Shown: positions 9,735 to 19,694, numbered from the stretch's first letter. The stretch is DNA of 64,000 nt from an uncultured Candidatus Altimarinota bacterium (GCA_938036655.1 CALHQS010000038.1:1024-65023); one strand, 5' to 3'. Program-made: numbers and translations. Notes: a model not told the origin generated them from the letters alone.

Positions 9735-11261
9735 TTATTTTGCGTATTCAATTACTCGTTTTTCACGAATGAGGTTAATCTTCACCTCACCAGGATAGCT
9801 ACAGTTTTCTTCAATTTGCTGTGCAATCTCGCGTGCACGATTCTCAGCATCAAGATCAGAAACTGTCTCTGCATCAACAAATACTCGTACTTCACGCCCA
9901 GCCGAGAGAGCAAATGCTTTACTGATACCAGGAAGGCTCATAGCAATCGCTTCCATCTCCTGAATTCGCTTGATATAATCTTCAATATTCATACGACGAG
10001 CACCTGGTCTGATAGCGGAAATCGCATCAGCAATTTGTACAATTTTCGTTTCTATACAAATCTGTGGAACATCATCGTGATGTCCTTCAATAATATTGGT
10101 CAATTTTTCATCGAGACCATATTTGCGAGCAATTCGTCCACCAATTTCAGGATGCGTTCCTTCAATATCGTGATCCATTGCTTTTCCAATATCATGCAAA
10201 AGCCCTCCTTTAAATGCTAGATCAGCATCTGCGCCAATGAGTTTGGCAATCGCACGAGCAATGTATGCCACTTCTTTTGAGTGTAACAATAAATTCTGTC
10301 CATAACTCGCACGGAATCGGAATTTTCCGATGAGTGGATACAGATCCTCAGGAATTCCAATAATTCCCATTTCATCAATCGTTTTTTGCCCGAGATCACG
10401 AATGAGTTTTTCTGCGTCTTGTTGATTTTTTTCTACGATTTCTTCAATACGAGCTGGCTGAATGCGTTTGTCAGCAATGAGATCTTCCAGAGATTTTTTA
10501 GCAATATATCGTCTAAAAAGATCAAAACTTGACAAGAAAACCGTATCAGGAGAGTCATCAATAATGAGTGAAACACCCGTTGCTCGCTCAAATGCGATGA
10601 TATTTCGTCCTTCTTTTCCGATGAGTTTTCCTTTTAGATCATCACTTTCGAGAGGAAAAATTGTTTGAGTTGCCTCGTTAGTTACTTCGCCGGCATACTG
10701 CTGGATAGCACTTATAAGAATTTCACGCGCCATCTCACCAGAGCGTGTGGTAAAATCTTTTTTCTTTTTTTCGATACGAGCAAGAATATCTTTTTCGTAT
10801 TTTTCTTCTGTGATTTTAAGAAGTTCTTCGCGCGCCTCGTCTTGTGTTAATCGAGCGATGTCCTCTATTTTTGACTGAAGTGATTTTTTTTCTTCTTCCA
10901 AAGAATTTTTGATTTTTTCATTTTCGTGTTCGCGTTCCAAAAGTTTGGTTTGTTTACGTTCTAGATCTTCGTATTTTCGATCGACTTTTTGCTCTTTTTC
11001 TTCGAGTTTTCGCTCATTTTCAGAAAAAGTTTTTTTACGATCTTTGAGATCAGCGCGCGCATCATCAATTTCTTTTTTGATAATATTCGCAGATTTTTCC
11101 GCGCGTTCAACAATTTTTTTGGCTTCATCTTCAGCATTTGCTACGATATCGTGCGCGTGTTTTTTTTGTTTTTGGTGAATAAAATAAAACATCGCCAAAG
11201 CACCCAAAGCCACACCCAGGATAATCCAGAGCGCTCCATAAAAAAGGGAAATGTCAGGCAT
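9735..11261 (-). CDS. rny: ribonuclease Y
   Basis: 508 aa with an N-terminal TM, a long coiled coil, a KH domain (LIGKEGRNIIAFERATGV) and an HD domain (LLHDIGKAMDH...HH). There is no in-frame TGA. Confidence 0.95.
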   Translation of the reverse strand: MPDISLFYGALWIILGVALGALAMFYFIHQKQKKHAHDIVANAEDEAKKIVERAEKSANIIKKEIDDARADLKDRKKTFSENERKLEEKEQKVDRKYEDLERKQTKLLEREHENEKIKNSLEEEKKSLQSKIEDIARLTQDEAREELLKITEEKYEKDILARIEKKKKDFTTRSGEMAREILISAIQQYAGEVTNEATQTIFPLESDDLKGKLIGKEGRNIIAFERATGVSLIIDDSPDTVFLSSFDLFRRYIAKKSLEDLIADKRIQPARIEEIVEKNQQDAEKLIRDLGQKTIDEMGIIGIPEDLYPLIGKFRFRASYGQNLLLHSKEVAYIARAIAKLIGADADLAFKGGLLHDIGKAMDHDIEGTHPEIGGRIARKYGLDEKLTNIIEGHHDDVPQICIETKIVQIADAISAIRPGARRMNIEDYIKRIQEMEAIAMSLPGISKAFALSAGREVRVFVDAETVSDLDAENRAREIAQQIEENCSYPGEVKINLIREKRVIEYAK

Positions 11262-11550
11262 ATATAAAAATTAAAAACATACATCCGATGAAACATTTTT
11301 CTTCATTTAAAGTACAAAATTTTTCGTCAAAATATTTCAAAATTTTTTCGATCAAAAGGACAAATAATTTTTCTTCAAAATTTCACCAGTGTGCACATAT
11401 TGTAAACAAAAATTGAAAAATAGAAAGTATTTTTTGAAGATTTTTATTTTTTGGCTTTCCATCCACAAAATTATATATCTTGATTTTTTTTCAATTTTAT
11501 TGTATAGAATATTTTTGAGTGAAAAAAGTGTGAAGATGGAGTGAAAATAT

Positions 11551-11578
11551 TTGACTTTTGAACGAATTTTGATATTAT
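11551..11578 (+). promoter_or_regulatory. candidate sigma-70-type promoter upstream of the S-layer gene (TTGACT-16-TATTAT)
   Basis: Same hexamers as the tRNA operon promoter at 19751. It would give a roughly 300-nt leader. Other AT-rich hexamer pairs exist in this 625-bp spacer. Confidence 0.35.
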
Positions 11579-11700
11579 TCTTGCGTTTTCAGAAACTTTT
11601 TTTAAAAGAGTTTCAAAAGCTTGGCCCGTCATGTCCGATGACAAGAGAATAATTTTTGGATTTTTTCTCGAAATTATCCTCTTGTTATGAACATAACTTG

Positions 11701-11718
11701 AGGTTAAAGCTTTAACCT
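11701..11718. repeat. perfect 18-bp palindrome AGGTTAAAGCTTTAACCT in the S-layer gene leader
   Basis: Read directly from the sequence. It is followed by a TCTCTC-CTGACCA-GAGAGA hairpin at about 11744-11762. Confidence 0.6.
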
Positions 11719-11886
11719 TTTCGTCTTTATGGCGACTTGGTAGTCTCTCCTGACCAGAGAGATCACAAAAAATCGTATAATGATACTTCAGTATTATTAT
11801 ACATGATAACTTCTGACCAAAGTTATCAAAACTTTCCTGCAAAATCATTTGATTTTTGCATTTTATTTTCTAACCATACTATTGTT

Positions 11887-14802
11887 ATGGCTAACTTCTC
11901 TACGAAGCTTGCTTCTACAGTAAGTGCTGCGGCTATCGTTGCATCAGCAATGGGTGCTTCACTCGTTTCTGCTGCTTCTGAGTTCCTTCCTTACGCTGAA
12001 GCTCTCGCTGCTAAGAAAGTAATCAACTCTCAGAATGCTGAGTCTGGTTACCGTCTTAACGATCAGATTACTCGTGCAGAACTTGCAAAAGTTGCTGCAA
12101 ACCTTGGTGGTTACACTGCAGTAAAATGTACTGGTAAAGTATATACTGATGTAACTGCATCTCTTGGTGATCTTTGTGATGCTATCGAAACTCTTGCTGC
12201 TGCAAAAGTTATCTCTACTGCATCTAACACATTCCGTCCTACTGCCAACGTTACTCGTGCAGAAATGACAAAAATGATTCTTGGTGCTCTCGCTGTAGCT
12301 CCTTCTACTAAAAACGCAGGTTTCTCTGACGTTAACTCATCTCTTGGTGATCTTGAAGGATTTATTAATGCAGCTGCTGAACAGAGCATTGTTAACAAGG
12401 CTACTTACTTCCGTCCTAATGCTACTGGTTCTCGTGGTGAAGTATTCAAGATTGCTGCTCGTGCTGCTAAACTTGAAGTGAAAACTGACAACAAACCAGA
12501 AGTTAAGGCTGGTAATGTAACAGTATCTCTCGTAGGTTCTGCTGCTGCTCAATACACTCCTCGGAACGCATCTTCTGTTAAGGTAGGCACTATCAAAGTA
12601 ACTGCTACAGGTGGTGATGTAACTCTTAATACTCTTACTGTTTCTCGTTCAGGTCTTGGACAGGTAGCTGGACTTAAGGCTTCTCTTGCTCAGAACGGTG
12701 TAGTAGTTGGTAATGCTCGTACATTTAACAACACAACTCAGGAAGCAGTAGTTCGTCTTAATACTCCAGTAGTATTGAAGAACGGTTCTTCTGTAGAATT
12801 TGATGTTCTTGCATCTCTTCCTAATGACGGAACTTCTAACTCTCAGCACCAGTTTGCAGTAAACGCTGCTAACGGTACTGCTATGTCTCCTGTAACTCTT
12901 GGTCTTCTTAATACTACTTCATACGCAGTATCAGACGTAGTAGTTTCTAATCTTAAGGCTGAATCAGTTCGTTCTGGTCTTGCTGGTACTCGTATTGCTA
13001 ATGTTGATATTCAGGCTCCAGCTGGACGTGATGTAACTGTACACGGAATCACTATCTCTAAAAATACAGGTAACGACCTTTCTCAGGCTATTACAAATGT
13101 AAAAGTATTCCGCAATGGTGTAGATACAGGTGCTAAGGCTACTGTAACTTCTGACAAGATTGTTATTACTGGTCTTAATACAAAACTAGAAGCAGGTAAC
13201 ACTGCTAAGTACGAACTTCGTGCTGATACTATCTATGTTGGTGAAACAGCTACTTATAATCTTCACATTGCTAATACAGAAGATATTTCTGCTACAGAAA
13301 ACTCTACTGGATATGTAACTCGTGTGAAAGGTACTGGAGTTAATGATGCACTCCCTGCTGCTGTTACACTTACAGTAAGCGGAATTAAAGTAACTACTGC
13401 TTTGAATAACAACTCTCTTAAGAATGTTGCTCCTGGAACATCTGGAGTTGACTTCCTTGATGGAAAAATCACTTCTTCTGCTTCTTTCGAAGTTCGTGGA
13501 TTTGAACTTACTGCAACTCCAAATACAATTGATAACTTGAAAAAAGTATTCTCATCTCTTACTCTTGATGTAGCTGGTTCTAACTATGACCTTCTTACTC
13601 AGACAATGGATAATGGTAAATTTAAATTTGGAAACTCAGATTCATTTGTAATGGATGCTGGTACTCCTGCAAACATCCGTGTTCGTGGTACAGTAAAACA
13701 GGACGCTGATAAGGCAAATATTGACGCTGTTAAATTCTCTTTGAAACTTACATCTCTTAAGAACCTTGACAACGGAAATACATTTACGCCTTCATCAGAC
13801 ATTGTTCTTACAGGTAACAATGTAAAAATCAAGGCTTCTACTCTTGATGTTCGTACTGCTACTGTAGCAGCTCCTTCTTCTCGTCATATTGCTGCTAATA
13901 TGAACGGTGTTGAAATCGGTCGTTTTGCTCTTGAGGCTAAAAATGCTGATATTCGTGTTGCGAAGATTACTGTTAACAATACGGGTAATCTTGCAGATCT
14001 TAAAAAACTTGCTGATGATGCTTCTTCATTCCGTCTTGTAGATCTTTCTACTGGTCAGGAAGTTGATACAAGCAAAGAATTTAAGAATGCTACAACGCTT
14101 GAATTTACAATTTCTCCAGCTCTTACTGTAAATAAAGACACTATCAAGAACTTTAAACTTACTGTTGATACAAAGGCTCTTGATACAGATGCTATGGCTA
14201 AGACATTTATCGGTAACTTCACAGTAGCTGCTGACGATCTTTCTACTGATAATGGTACTGCTGCTCTTGCTACTGCTACTGCTACAGGTGAAACTTACAA
14301 AACAGCTATTTCTATGCCTACTCTTAAGGTAAACCCTGTATCTCTCGTTGCTAACGGTCCTGTTGCTACAGTAACTGTGAAGAATGAAGATTCAGATAAT
14401 TATATTAAGGTTGAAAAAATGAAAATCCGTGTACAGGCTCGTTACACAGGAAATAATAATGTAAACTTTGATAATTCAAAAGTGTGTCTCCGTAACCGTG
14501 GTGCTACTGTAGCATGTTCTGATACTACTTCAGTAGTTCCGTCTACAGCTGGTGCGGTAAACGGTGCTTCTCTTGAATTTACATTCTCTAGCAACATTGA
14601 TGCTGGTAAAGTAATCTCTACAAATAGCGCGACAGACTTCGAAGTATACCTTCAGGATGCTCCACTATGGGTAGCGGGTGATCACGTTGCGGTATCTATT
14701 GAGTCAGCTGATTATAAGTATGGAGAAACTAGTACTCCAAATACAGATATCAAAGACACTTACGTAGGTCTTGCTGATGCTACTGCTACTTCTACAAAGT
14801 AA
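11887..14802 (+). CDS. S-layer protein with an N-terminal signal peptide and three SLH-like repeats
   Basis: It starts MANFSTKLASTVSAAAIVASAMGASLVSAASE. It has three repeats of the SLH type (YRLNDQITRAELAKVAANL, FRPTANVTRAEMTKMILGAL, FRPNATGSRGEVFKIAARAA). These are followed by about 750 aa of T/V/A/N/G-rich beta-type sequence. The gene has a strongly biased codon set (gct/act/ggt/ctt/cgt) and no TGA. The track start at 11737 is an upstream read-through artefact. Confidence 0.75.
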   Translation: MANFSTKLASTVSAAAIVASAMGASLVSAASEFLPYAEALAAKKVINSQNAESGYRLNDQITRAELAKVAANLGGYTAVKCTGKVYTDVTASLGDLCDAIETLAAAKVISTASNTFRPTANVTRAEMTKMILGALAVAPSTKNAGFSDVNSSLGDLEGFINAAAEQSIVNKATYFRPNATGSRGEVFKIAARAAKLEVKTDNKPEVKAGNVTVSLVGSAAAQYTPRNASSVKVGTIKVTATGGDVTLNTLTVSRSGLGQVAGLKASLAQNGVVVGNARTFNNTTQEAVVRLNTPVVLKNGSSVEFDVLASLPNDGTSNSQHQFAVNAANGTAMSPVTLGLLNTTSYAVSDVVVSNLKAESVRSGLAGTRIANVDIQAPAGRDVTVHGITISKNTGNDLSQAITNVKVFRNGVDTGAKATVTSDKIVITGLNTKLEAGNTAKYELRADTIYVGETATYNLHIANTEDISATENSTGYVTRVKGTGVNDALPAAVTLTVSGIKVTTALNNNSLKNVAPGTSGVDFLDGKITSSASFEVRGFELTATPNTIDNLKKVFSSLTLDVAGSNYDLLTQTMDNGKFKFGNSDSFVMDAGTPANIRVRGTVKQDADKANIDAVKFSLKLTSLKNLDNGNTFTPSSDIVLTGNNVKIKASTLDVRTATVAAPSSRHIAANMNGVEIGRFALEAKNADIRVAKITVNNTGNLADLKKLADDASSFRLVDLSTGQEVDTSKEFKNATTLEFTISPALTVNKDTIKNFKLTVDTKALDTDAMAKTFIGNFTVAADDLSTDNGTAALATATATGETYKTAISMPTLKVNPVSLVANGPVATVTVKNEDSDNYIKVEKMKIRVQARYTGNNNVNFDNSKVCLRNRGATVACSDTTSVVPSTAGAVNGASLEFTFSSNIDAGKVISTNSATDFEVYLQDAPLWVAGDHVAVSIESADYKYGETSTPNTDIKDTYVGLADATATSTK

Positions 14803-14825
14803 TTTTTCTCTCGAAAGATTATAGA

Positions 14826-14852
14826 AAATTTCCCCTCTTTGGGGATTTTTTC
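14826..14852 (+). terminator. intrinsic terminator of the S-layer gene
   Basis: AAAAT-TCCCC-TCTTT-GGGGA-TTTTTT. Confidence 0.75.
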
Positions 14853-14890
14853 GTGGTCGTTTTTTGAAATATATTTTGAGAAAGCAATGT

Positions 14891-14916
14891 AAAATCCCCA
14901 ACTTTGGGGATTTTTT
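14891..14916 (-). terminator. intrinsic terminator of sufCB (structure is bidirectional)
   Basis: AAAATCCCCA-ACT-TTGGGGATTTTTT lies between convergent genes. Confidence 0.7.
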
Positions 14917-14933
14917 GATATAGAATATTACAT

Positions 14934-16325
14934 TCATTCCATTTCCATAGCGATGAGTACATTCATTTCGGCAGCGTATTCGAGCGGAAGCTCTTTCATG
15001 AGAGGAGAGATGAATCCTCTCACGATCATCGTGCGTGCATCATCTTCTTCGATTCCGTGTGACATGAGATAGAAGAGTGTTTCTTCATTGATTTTCCCGA
15101 CGCTTGCCTCGTGTGCCACCATAGAAGTAGCGTTATTGACACGAATATCAGGGATAGTATCAGATCGAGAAATACTATCAAGAATCAATCCATCACAGTC
15201 AATCTTGGAAACGGCATTTTCAGCCGATTTTTTGATATCCAAGAGACCTCGATAGGTGGAGATACCACCTCACTTAGTGAGGCTTTTGGAAATAATTTCA
15301 GAGCGAGTATTTTTTCCGATATGGATAACCTTCGCACCAGTATCAGCATTTTGATTTGCATTGGCGAATGCGATTCCAAAGTTCATAGCTTGAGAATTAT
15401 CCCCCTTGAGGATAGAACACGGATAGAGCATTGTCACGCCTGAGCCAAGGTTTCCACCCACCCATTCAATCGTACCATTTTCTTCTACGAGTGCACGCTT
15501 GGTATTGAGATTATAAGTATCGAGCGACCAGTTTTCTACACTAGAATAACGCATTTTAGCATTTTTTCCGACATAAATCTCTACACAACCCGCGTGGAGA
15601 CTTGGAGTATCATATTTTGGTGCAGAACAGCCTTCGATGTAGTGCGCTGAAGAATCATCTTCCAGAATAATGATGGTATGTTCAAATTGTCCACCAGCCC
15701 GCACATTCATACGAAAATATGCCTGTAAAGGTGCATCAATATGTACACCCTTTGGAATATAGAGAAAAGTTCCACCAGACCACACAGCACCATGAAGGGC
15801 TGCAAATTTATGGTCGTGCATTGGTACTACTTTCATGAAGTGTTTTTTCACAAGATCTTCGTGCTTGTGGATAGCGACCGACATATCTTCGAAAATTACA
15901 CCTTGCGCCTGTAGTTCTTCGTGAAGACTATGATAGACCACTTCACTATCGTATTGTGCACCCACACCTGCCAACATGGCGCGTTCAGCCTCGGGAATCC
16001 CCAGTCTATCAAATGTTGCCTTGATATTTTCCGGCACATCTTTCCATTCTTTTTTATTTCCCGCACCTTCTGGTTTTGCAAAATAATAGATTTCATCGAG
16101 ATTGAGTCCACTCAAATCTGGCCCCCATTTTGGCAATTCCATTTTTTGAAATGTTTCGAGGGATTTGAGACGAAAATCAAGCATCCACTGAGGCTCGTTG
16201 AAAGAAGCTGAGATTTGTCGCACGACTTCTTCGTGGATTCATTGTACAGCTATCGATTGATAATTGACTGAATCGCTTGCATCTAGCGATTCTCGTGAGA
16301 TGTCTCAAAATGTTGTTGTATTCAT
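14934..16325 (-). CDS. sufB: Fe-S cluster assembly protein SufB, table 25
   Basis: ATG at 16325, with 3 in-frame TGAs joining 15270-16223 and 14934-15242. Conserved regions include HGAVWSGGTFLYIPKGV, EGCSAPKY and SKSLTK-G-GGISTYRGLL (TGA at 15270-15272). Confidence 0.9.
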
Positions 16326-16329
16326 AAAA

Positions 16330-17064
16330 TTATTGTGTGAATCCGTCTTGTTTAATTTTTTCAAGCAATTTTTTGTCTCCTGATTCGAGAATTTCTCCGT
16401 CTTTTAAAATAGTAATTGTATCAATGTTGAGATTTTCGAGCAAATGTAGGTTGTGAGAAATAATAATAATCGTTTTTTTCTCAGCTTTCCATTTATTAAT
16501 TTGCTCTTGCAAAACGCTGATAGCGTCGATGTCAAGCCCAGAATCGATTTCATCCAAAATAATCAGACTTGGATTCAAAAGAGAAACCTGCAAAAGCTCG
16601 ATTTTTCGCTTTTCACCACCAGAAAATCCTACAAAAAGTTCGCGTTCAAGCAATTCTTTTTCAATGTGTAATTCTGGCAAAAGTTTTTCCACCATTCGCT
16701 TAAAGACAAACAAACTTGGTGGTTTTTTGTCAGGATTTTCACGGGAAAAATGAGAATTATAGATAGTTCGCAAATATTCAATGACCTGAATTCCAGGGAT
16801 TTCTGGAATATTTTGAAATGAGAGAAAAATTCCTTTGCGATGGCGTTCTGACGGAGAAAGTTCCACGATATTTTCACCATTCAAGAGAATTTCACCAGAA
16901 ACCTCATAGCGCGGATGTCACATGAGAGAAAGTGCGAGCGATGATTTTCCCGATCCATTGTGCCCCAAAATAGCCGTAATAGTGCCATGAGGAAAGAATA
17001 AATCAAGCGCCGACAAAATAGAAGCGTCTTCAATAGACACCGAAAGATTCTTGATTGTAAGCAT
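16330..17064 (-). CDS. sufC: Fe-S cluster assembly ATPase SufC, table 25
   Basis: It starts MLTIKNLSVSIED. It has Walker A GHNGSGKSS, LM-G-HPRYE with TGA at 16918-16920, the ABC signature FSGGEKRK and Walker B LIILDEIDSGLD. Confidence 0.9.
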
Positions 17065-17169
17065 AAAATTTTTTAACGGCCTCTATAATAATACTAATTC
17101 TCAAAAACGCAAGTGAAAAAGTGGTCAAAATTGCTTTGGTTTTTTCTGAAAATTTCATATAATCGTACT

Positions 17170-17706
17170 ATGAATGAAAATCCATGAGCATACAACGAAG
17201 CGAGAAATCGTCTGCGTGAGGAAAAGGAGCGTGAACGTAAAGTGCTCGAGAATTTGGTCGAGCGATTTGAAAAGGAAAAAACTCACATGCGAGCAGAGAA
17301 AAAATTTGATATTTTTGAACTCAAAAGTCGCATAGAAACACATCATTCACTCAATACACTTCGTTCTGATATTGATAAAGCGCTTCGTGAAGGGATTATT
17401 TCGCGAGAAATGTTTGACACACTCAAAAATAAAATTGAATTTATTGAACATTTGCCGGAAAAAAATATTCTCACAAAACAATCGGAAAAAGCATTTTTTG
17501 ATGACGAAGATTTGCCTTTTGGAAAGACTGAGATTACGAAATTTTTGGAAAAAAAGAAAATTGGTGAAAATATTTTGGTGGATATTGGTGGGTTTTTCTA
17601 TGGATTCGTGGTGCAGGGTGGTGCGATTTTCGTTATTTTGCTCTGGAAAATCCTTTTGGATATTATTTTTCTACCACGCGATATTTTAAAAGAATTACAA
17701 AAATAA
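17170..17706 (+). CDS. hypothetical coiled-coil protein with a C-terminal TM segment (178 aa, 1 TGA)
   Basis: ATG at 17170 is in frame with track ORF 17242-17706 across TGA 17185-17187. Confidence 0.5.
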
Positions 17707-17707
17707 T

Positions 17708-18415
17708 ATGCAACGATTTTTTATTAATCGCCCATTACGGGAAATAGAAATTTTTGACGATGAAATATTTCATCAAATTACGAGGGTTCTTCGAATGAAA
17801 AAAGGTGATCAAATTATACTTTTTTGTGGAGATGGAATTGAATATCTGTACGAATTGACCAATTTTTCAAAAAAATCGGTGGAATGTGTCCAACAGAAAA
17901 AAATTGAACCGATGGATCGTGAGGCTCGCAAAAATATTACGCTCTATCAGTCTTTACCGAATAAAATAGAAAAACTTGAATGGATTGTTCAGAAAAATAC
18001 GGAGCTTGGTGTGCGGAAAATTATTTTTTTCCGATCTGATCGTTCGCAAAAGTTATTTCTTTCTGATTCTAAAAAAGAACGAATCAAAGCAATTTCTCGC
18101 GAAGCATTGGAACAATGTGGTGGACTTTTTCCGGTAGAAATTATTTTTTCTGATGAAAACCTAGGATCGATTTTAAAAAACAAGAATCCAGACGAAAAAA
18201 GAATATTTCTCCATACAGAATGACAAAAAACGCAACTCAATGAACTTGTGAATGAAGAAAAATTTGGAATTTTTATCGGGCCAGAAGGTGGATGGTCAGA
18301 CTCAGAAATTCAAAAAATGAACGAAAATAATTTAATAATTGTTCATTTATGATGAAGAATTCTGAGAACAGAAACCGCGGGTATGTGTATGGTTTTTGGC
18401 CTCAATAATATCTAA
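17708..18415 (+). CDS. rsmE: 16S rRNA (uracil1498-N3)-methyltransferase RsmE, table 25
   Basis: It starts MQRFFI. It has the SPOUT C-terminal motif GPEGGWS...HL-G-G-RILRTETA, where the two Gly are consecutive TGA codons (18350-18355). Confidence 0.85.
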
Positions 18416-18450
18416 AACACAATATATTGTGTTTTTATTTTTCTCTTACT
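18415..18450 (+). terminator. intrinsic terminator of rsmE
   Basis: AAAACACAATAT/ATATTGTGTTTT palindrome followed by TATTTTTC. Confidence 0.65.
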
Positions 18451-18675
18451 CCGATAGTAAAAATTTTACTTGTATAATTGCTCAAAAAACTTAAAAAATA
18501 ACGATTTTAAGAGAAGAATATGAGTACAGAAAATATACAGATACAAAAATTTTATACAAAAATCGTTTAATAACTGTCCGTTTTTTATATAAATATATTT
18601 TCCCTTACCAAAGCCAAAAATTGAGAATATCCTCTATATTTTGCGATTTTTTCATCAAAAAGCAAGACTAAAAGG

Positions 18676-18704
18676 TTGCAGCATTTTCGAAAAACTGATA
18701 TACT
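18676..18704 (+). promoter_or_regulatory. sigma-70-type promoter TTGCAG-17-TATACT of the ORF-less transcription unit
   Basis: Hexamers and the 17-nt spacer were read directly from the sequence. Confidence 0.5.
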
Positions 18705-18708
18705 GCTT

Positions 18709-19145
18709 GTGTCTTCTGGAGAACAGAAGGACACCTTAACAAAACCTGACTTGCTAATCATAGGATCCTTGACTCACAAGATCATCCTGTTTGTAAAAAC
18801 AAAAATTTATTTTGCCAATAATTATACCAATACAAAAGAACAAATAATAATTATACCAAAAGCAAATACAACGGAATGAGAGTCTATACTTTTTTTCTTT
18901 TAAAAAAGGAAGCGAAAAAGTTTAGATTCTCACTCCAACCAAAGGATTGAAACTTCCTTTTCAAAAAAGATTCGAAAAGCCAGTTAGGTCATTGCTTCGG
19001 CAATGCGAGCGTGAGAACTCAAAACCCTCGTGAATTGTGTCGTCTGACCTCTATTATAATGCCATAGATGCATTCGAGTGTCCCACAATCACTTATTATT
19101 TGAACTTCGGTTGTACCAACAATCCGAAGTTTTTTTGTTTTTCAA
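18709..19145 (+). ncRNA. candidate structured non-coding RNA of about 430 nt, class unknown
   Basis: A promoter lies upstream and a strong terminator (ACTTCGG-13 nt-CCGAAGT + T7) at 19104-19145. There is no ORF under table 11 or table 25. Helices seen: a 5' hairpin at 18709-18734 (10 bp), a long irregular hairpin at 18873-18936, and a CATTGC-TTCG-GCAATG tetraloop hairpin at 18990-19005. Confidence 0.45.
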
Positions 19146-19235
19146 AAATGGGCAATTATAAAAGTTTTTCACAAAAATGTAAAAAACTTGTTAAAAAGTA
19201 CAATTATAGTTCGATAATTGTCCGAAAATAATATT

Positions 19236-19694
19236 TTATTCGTGATGATAATTACTTCACTTCATAATTTCAAAACTTCGATAAATCTGCTCCATCAAAA
19301 TTAAAAAAGCAAGTGAATGAGGAAAAATCATATCTGAAAATTTGAGAAGTTGCACTCAATATTTTTCTTGAATTTTTTCAACATCAAAACCATAACTTCC
19401 ACCAATCACAAAAATTATATTCTCGCTTGTATTGTATAATTTTTGTATACAATTTGAAAAATTTTTCGTACTCATATGTTCGCCACGCTCATCACAGAGA
19501 AAGATTTTACCAGGAATTTTGGCAAGTTTTTCAAGAATTTTTTCAGTTTCTTTATTTTTGATAAAAATACTTTCTGTATGCTTAATTGATTTCAATGTAT
19601 GAATGGAAATCTGCTTTCCGAGGCGTTTTTCGTATTCTTTGATAGCATCACTAAAATGTTTGTGTCCGTCAGAAATGTGAATTATATGAATCAT
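19236..19694 (-). CDS. rlmH: 23S rRNA (pseudouridine1915-N3)-methyltransferase RlmH, table 25
   Basis: Track ORF 19356-19694 extends across 2 TGAs to TAA at 19236. It has VIGGSYGF and a C-terminal EQIYRSFEIMK-G-SNYHHE like the RlmH EQ(L/I)YRA..I..G.PYH tail. Confidence 0.85.

Noticed and set aside
9633-10220. Long antisense or shadow ORFs inside real genes. Examples are 9633-10220 (+) in rny, 39023-39727 and 40166-40999 (+) in the T4SS ATPase, 6155-6625 (-) in glyA, and 57613-58053 and 58639-59076 (-) in the ribosomal protein operon. Others are 21865-22320 (-), 27526-28002 (-) and 627-887 (+).
   Set aside because: Each lies opposite a gene with strong family motifs and has low-complexity or Phe/Ser/Ile-rich composition typical of AT-rich shadow frames. 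None has any recognisable motif.
11737-11886. The track places the S-layer ORF start at 11737, adding 50 N-terminal residues.
   Set aside because: The extension has no start codon context, is not signal-peptide-like and overlaps leader hairpins. ATG 11887 gives a classical signal peptide.
18921-18954. GTTTAGATTCTCACTCCAACCAAAGGATTGAAAC looks like a CRISPR repeat (GTTT...ATTGAAAC, 34 nt).
   Set aside because: There is only one copy in the window, with no spacers or cas genes. Its 5' half forms the 3' arm of the long hairpin 18873-18936 inside the candidate ncRNA.
18709-19145. Assigning the ORF-less RNA unit to RNase P RNA, tmRNA, SRP RNA, 6S RNA or a group II intron.
   Set aside because: I could not find the diagnostic motifs by eye. 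It lacks GGAAAGUCC and the P4 3' strand, has no tRNA-like 3' end or tag ORF, and has no GNRA-capped helix 8 with AGCA. The 5' GUGUC does not match GUGYG. The class is left open rather than named.
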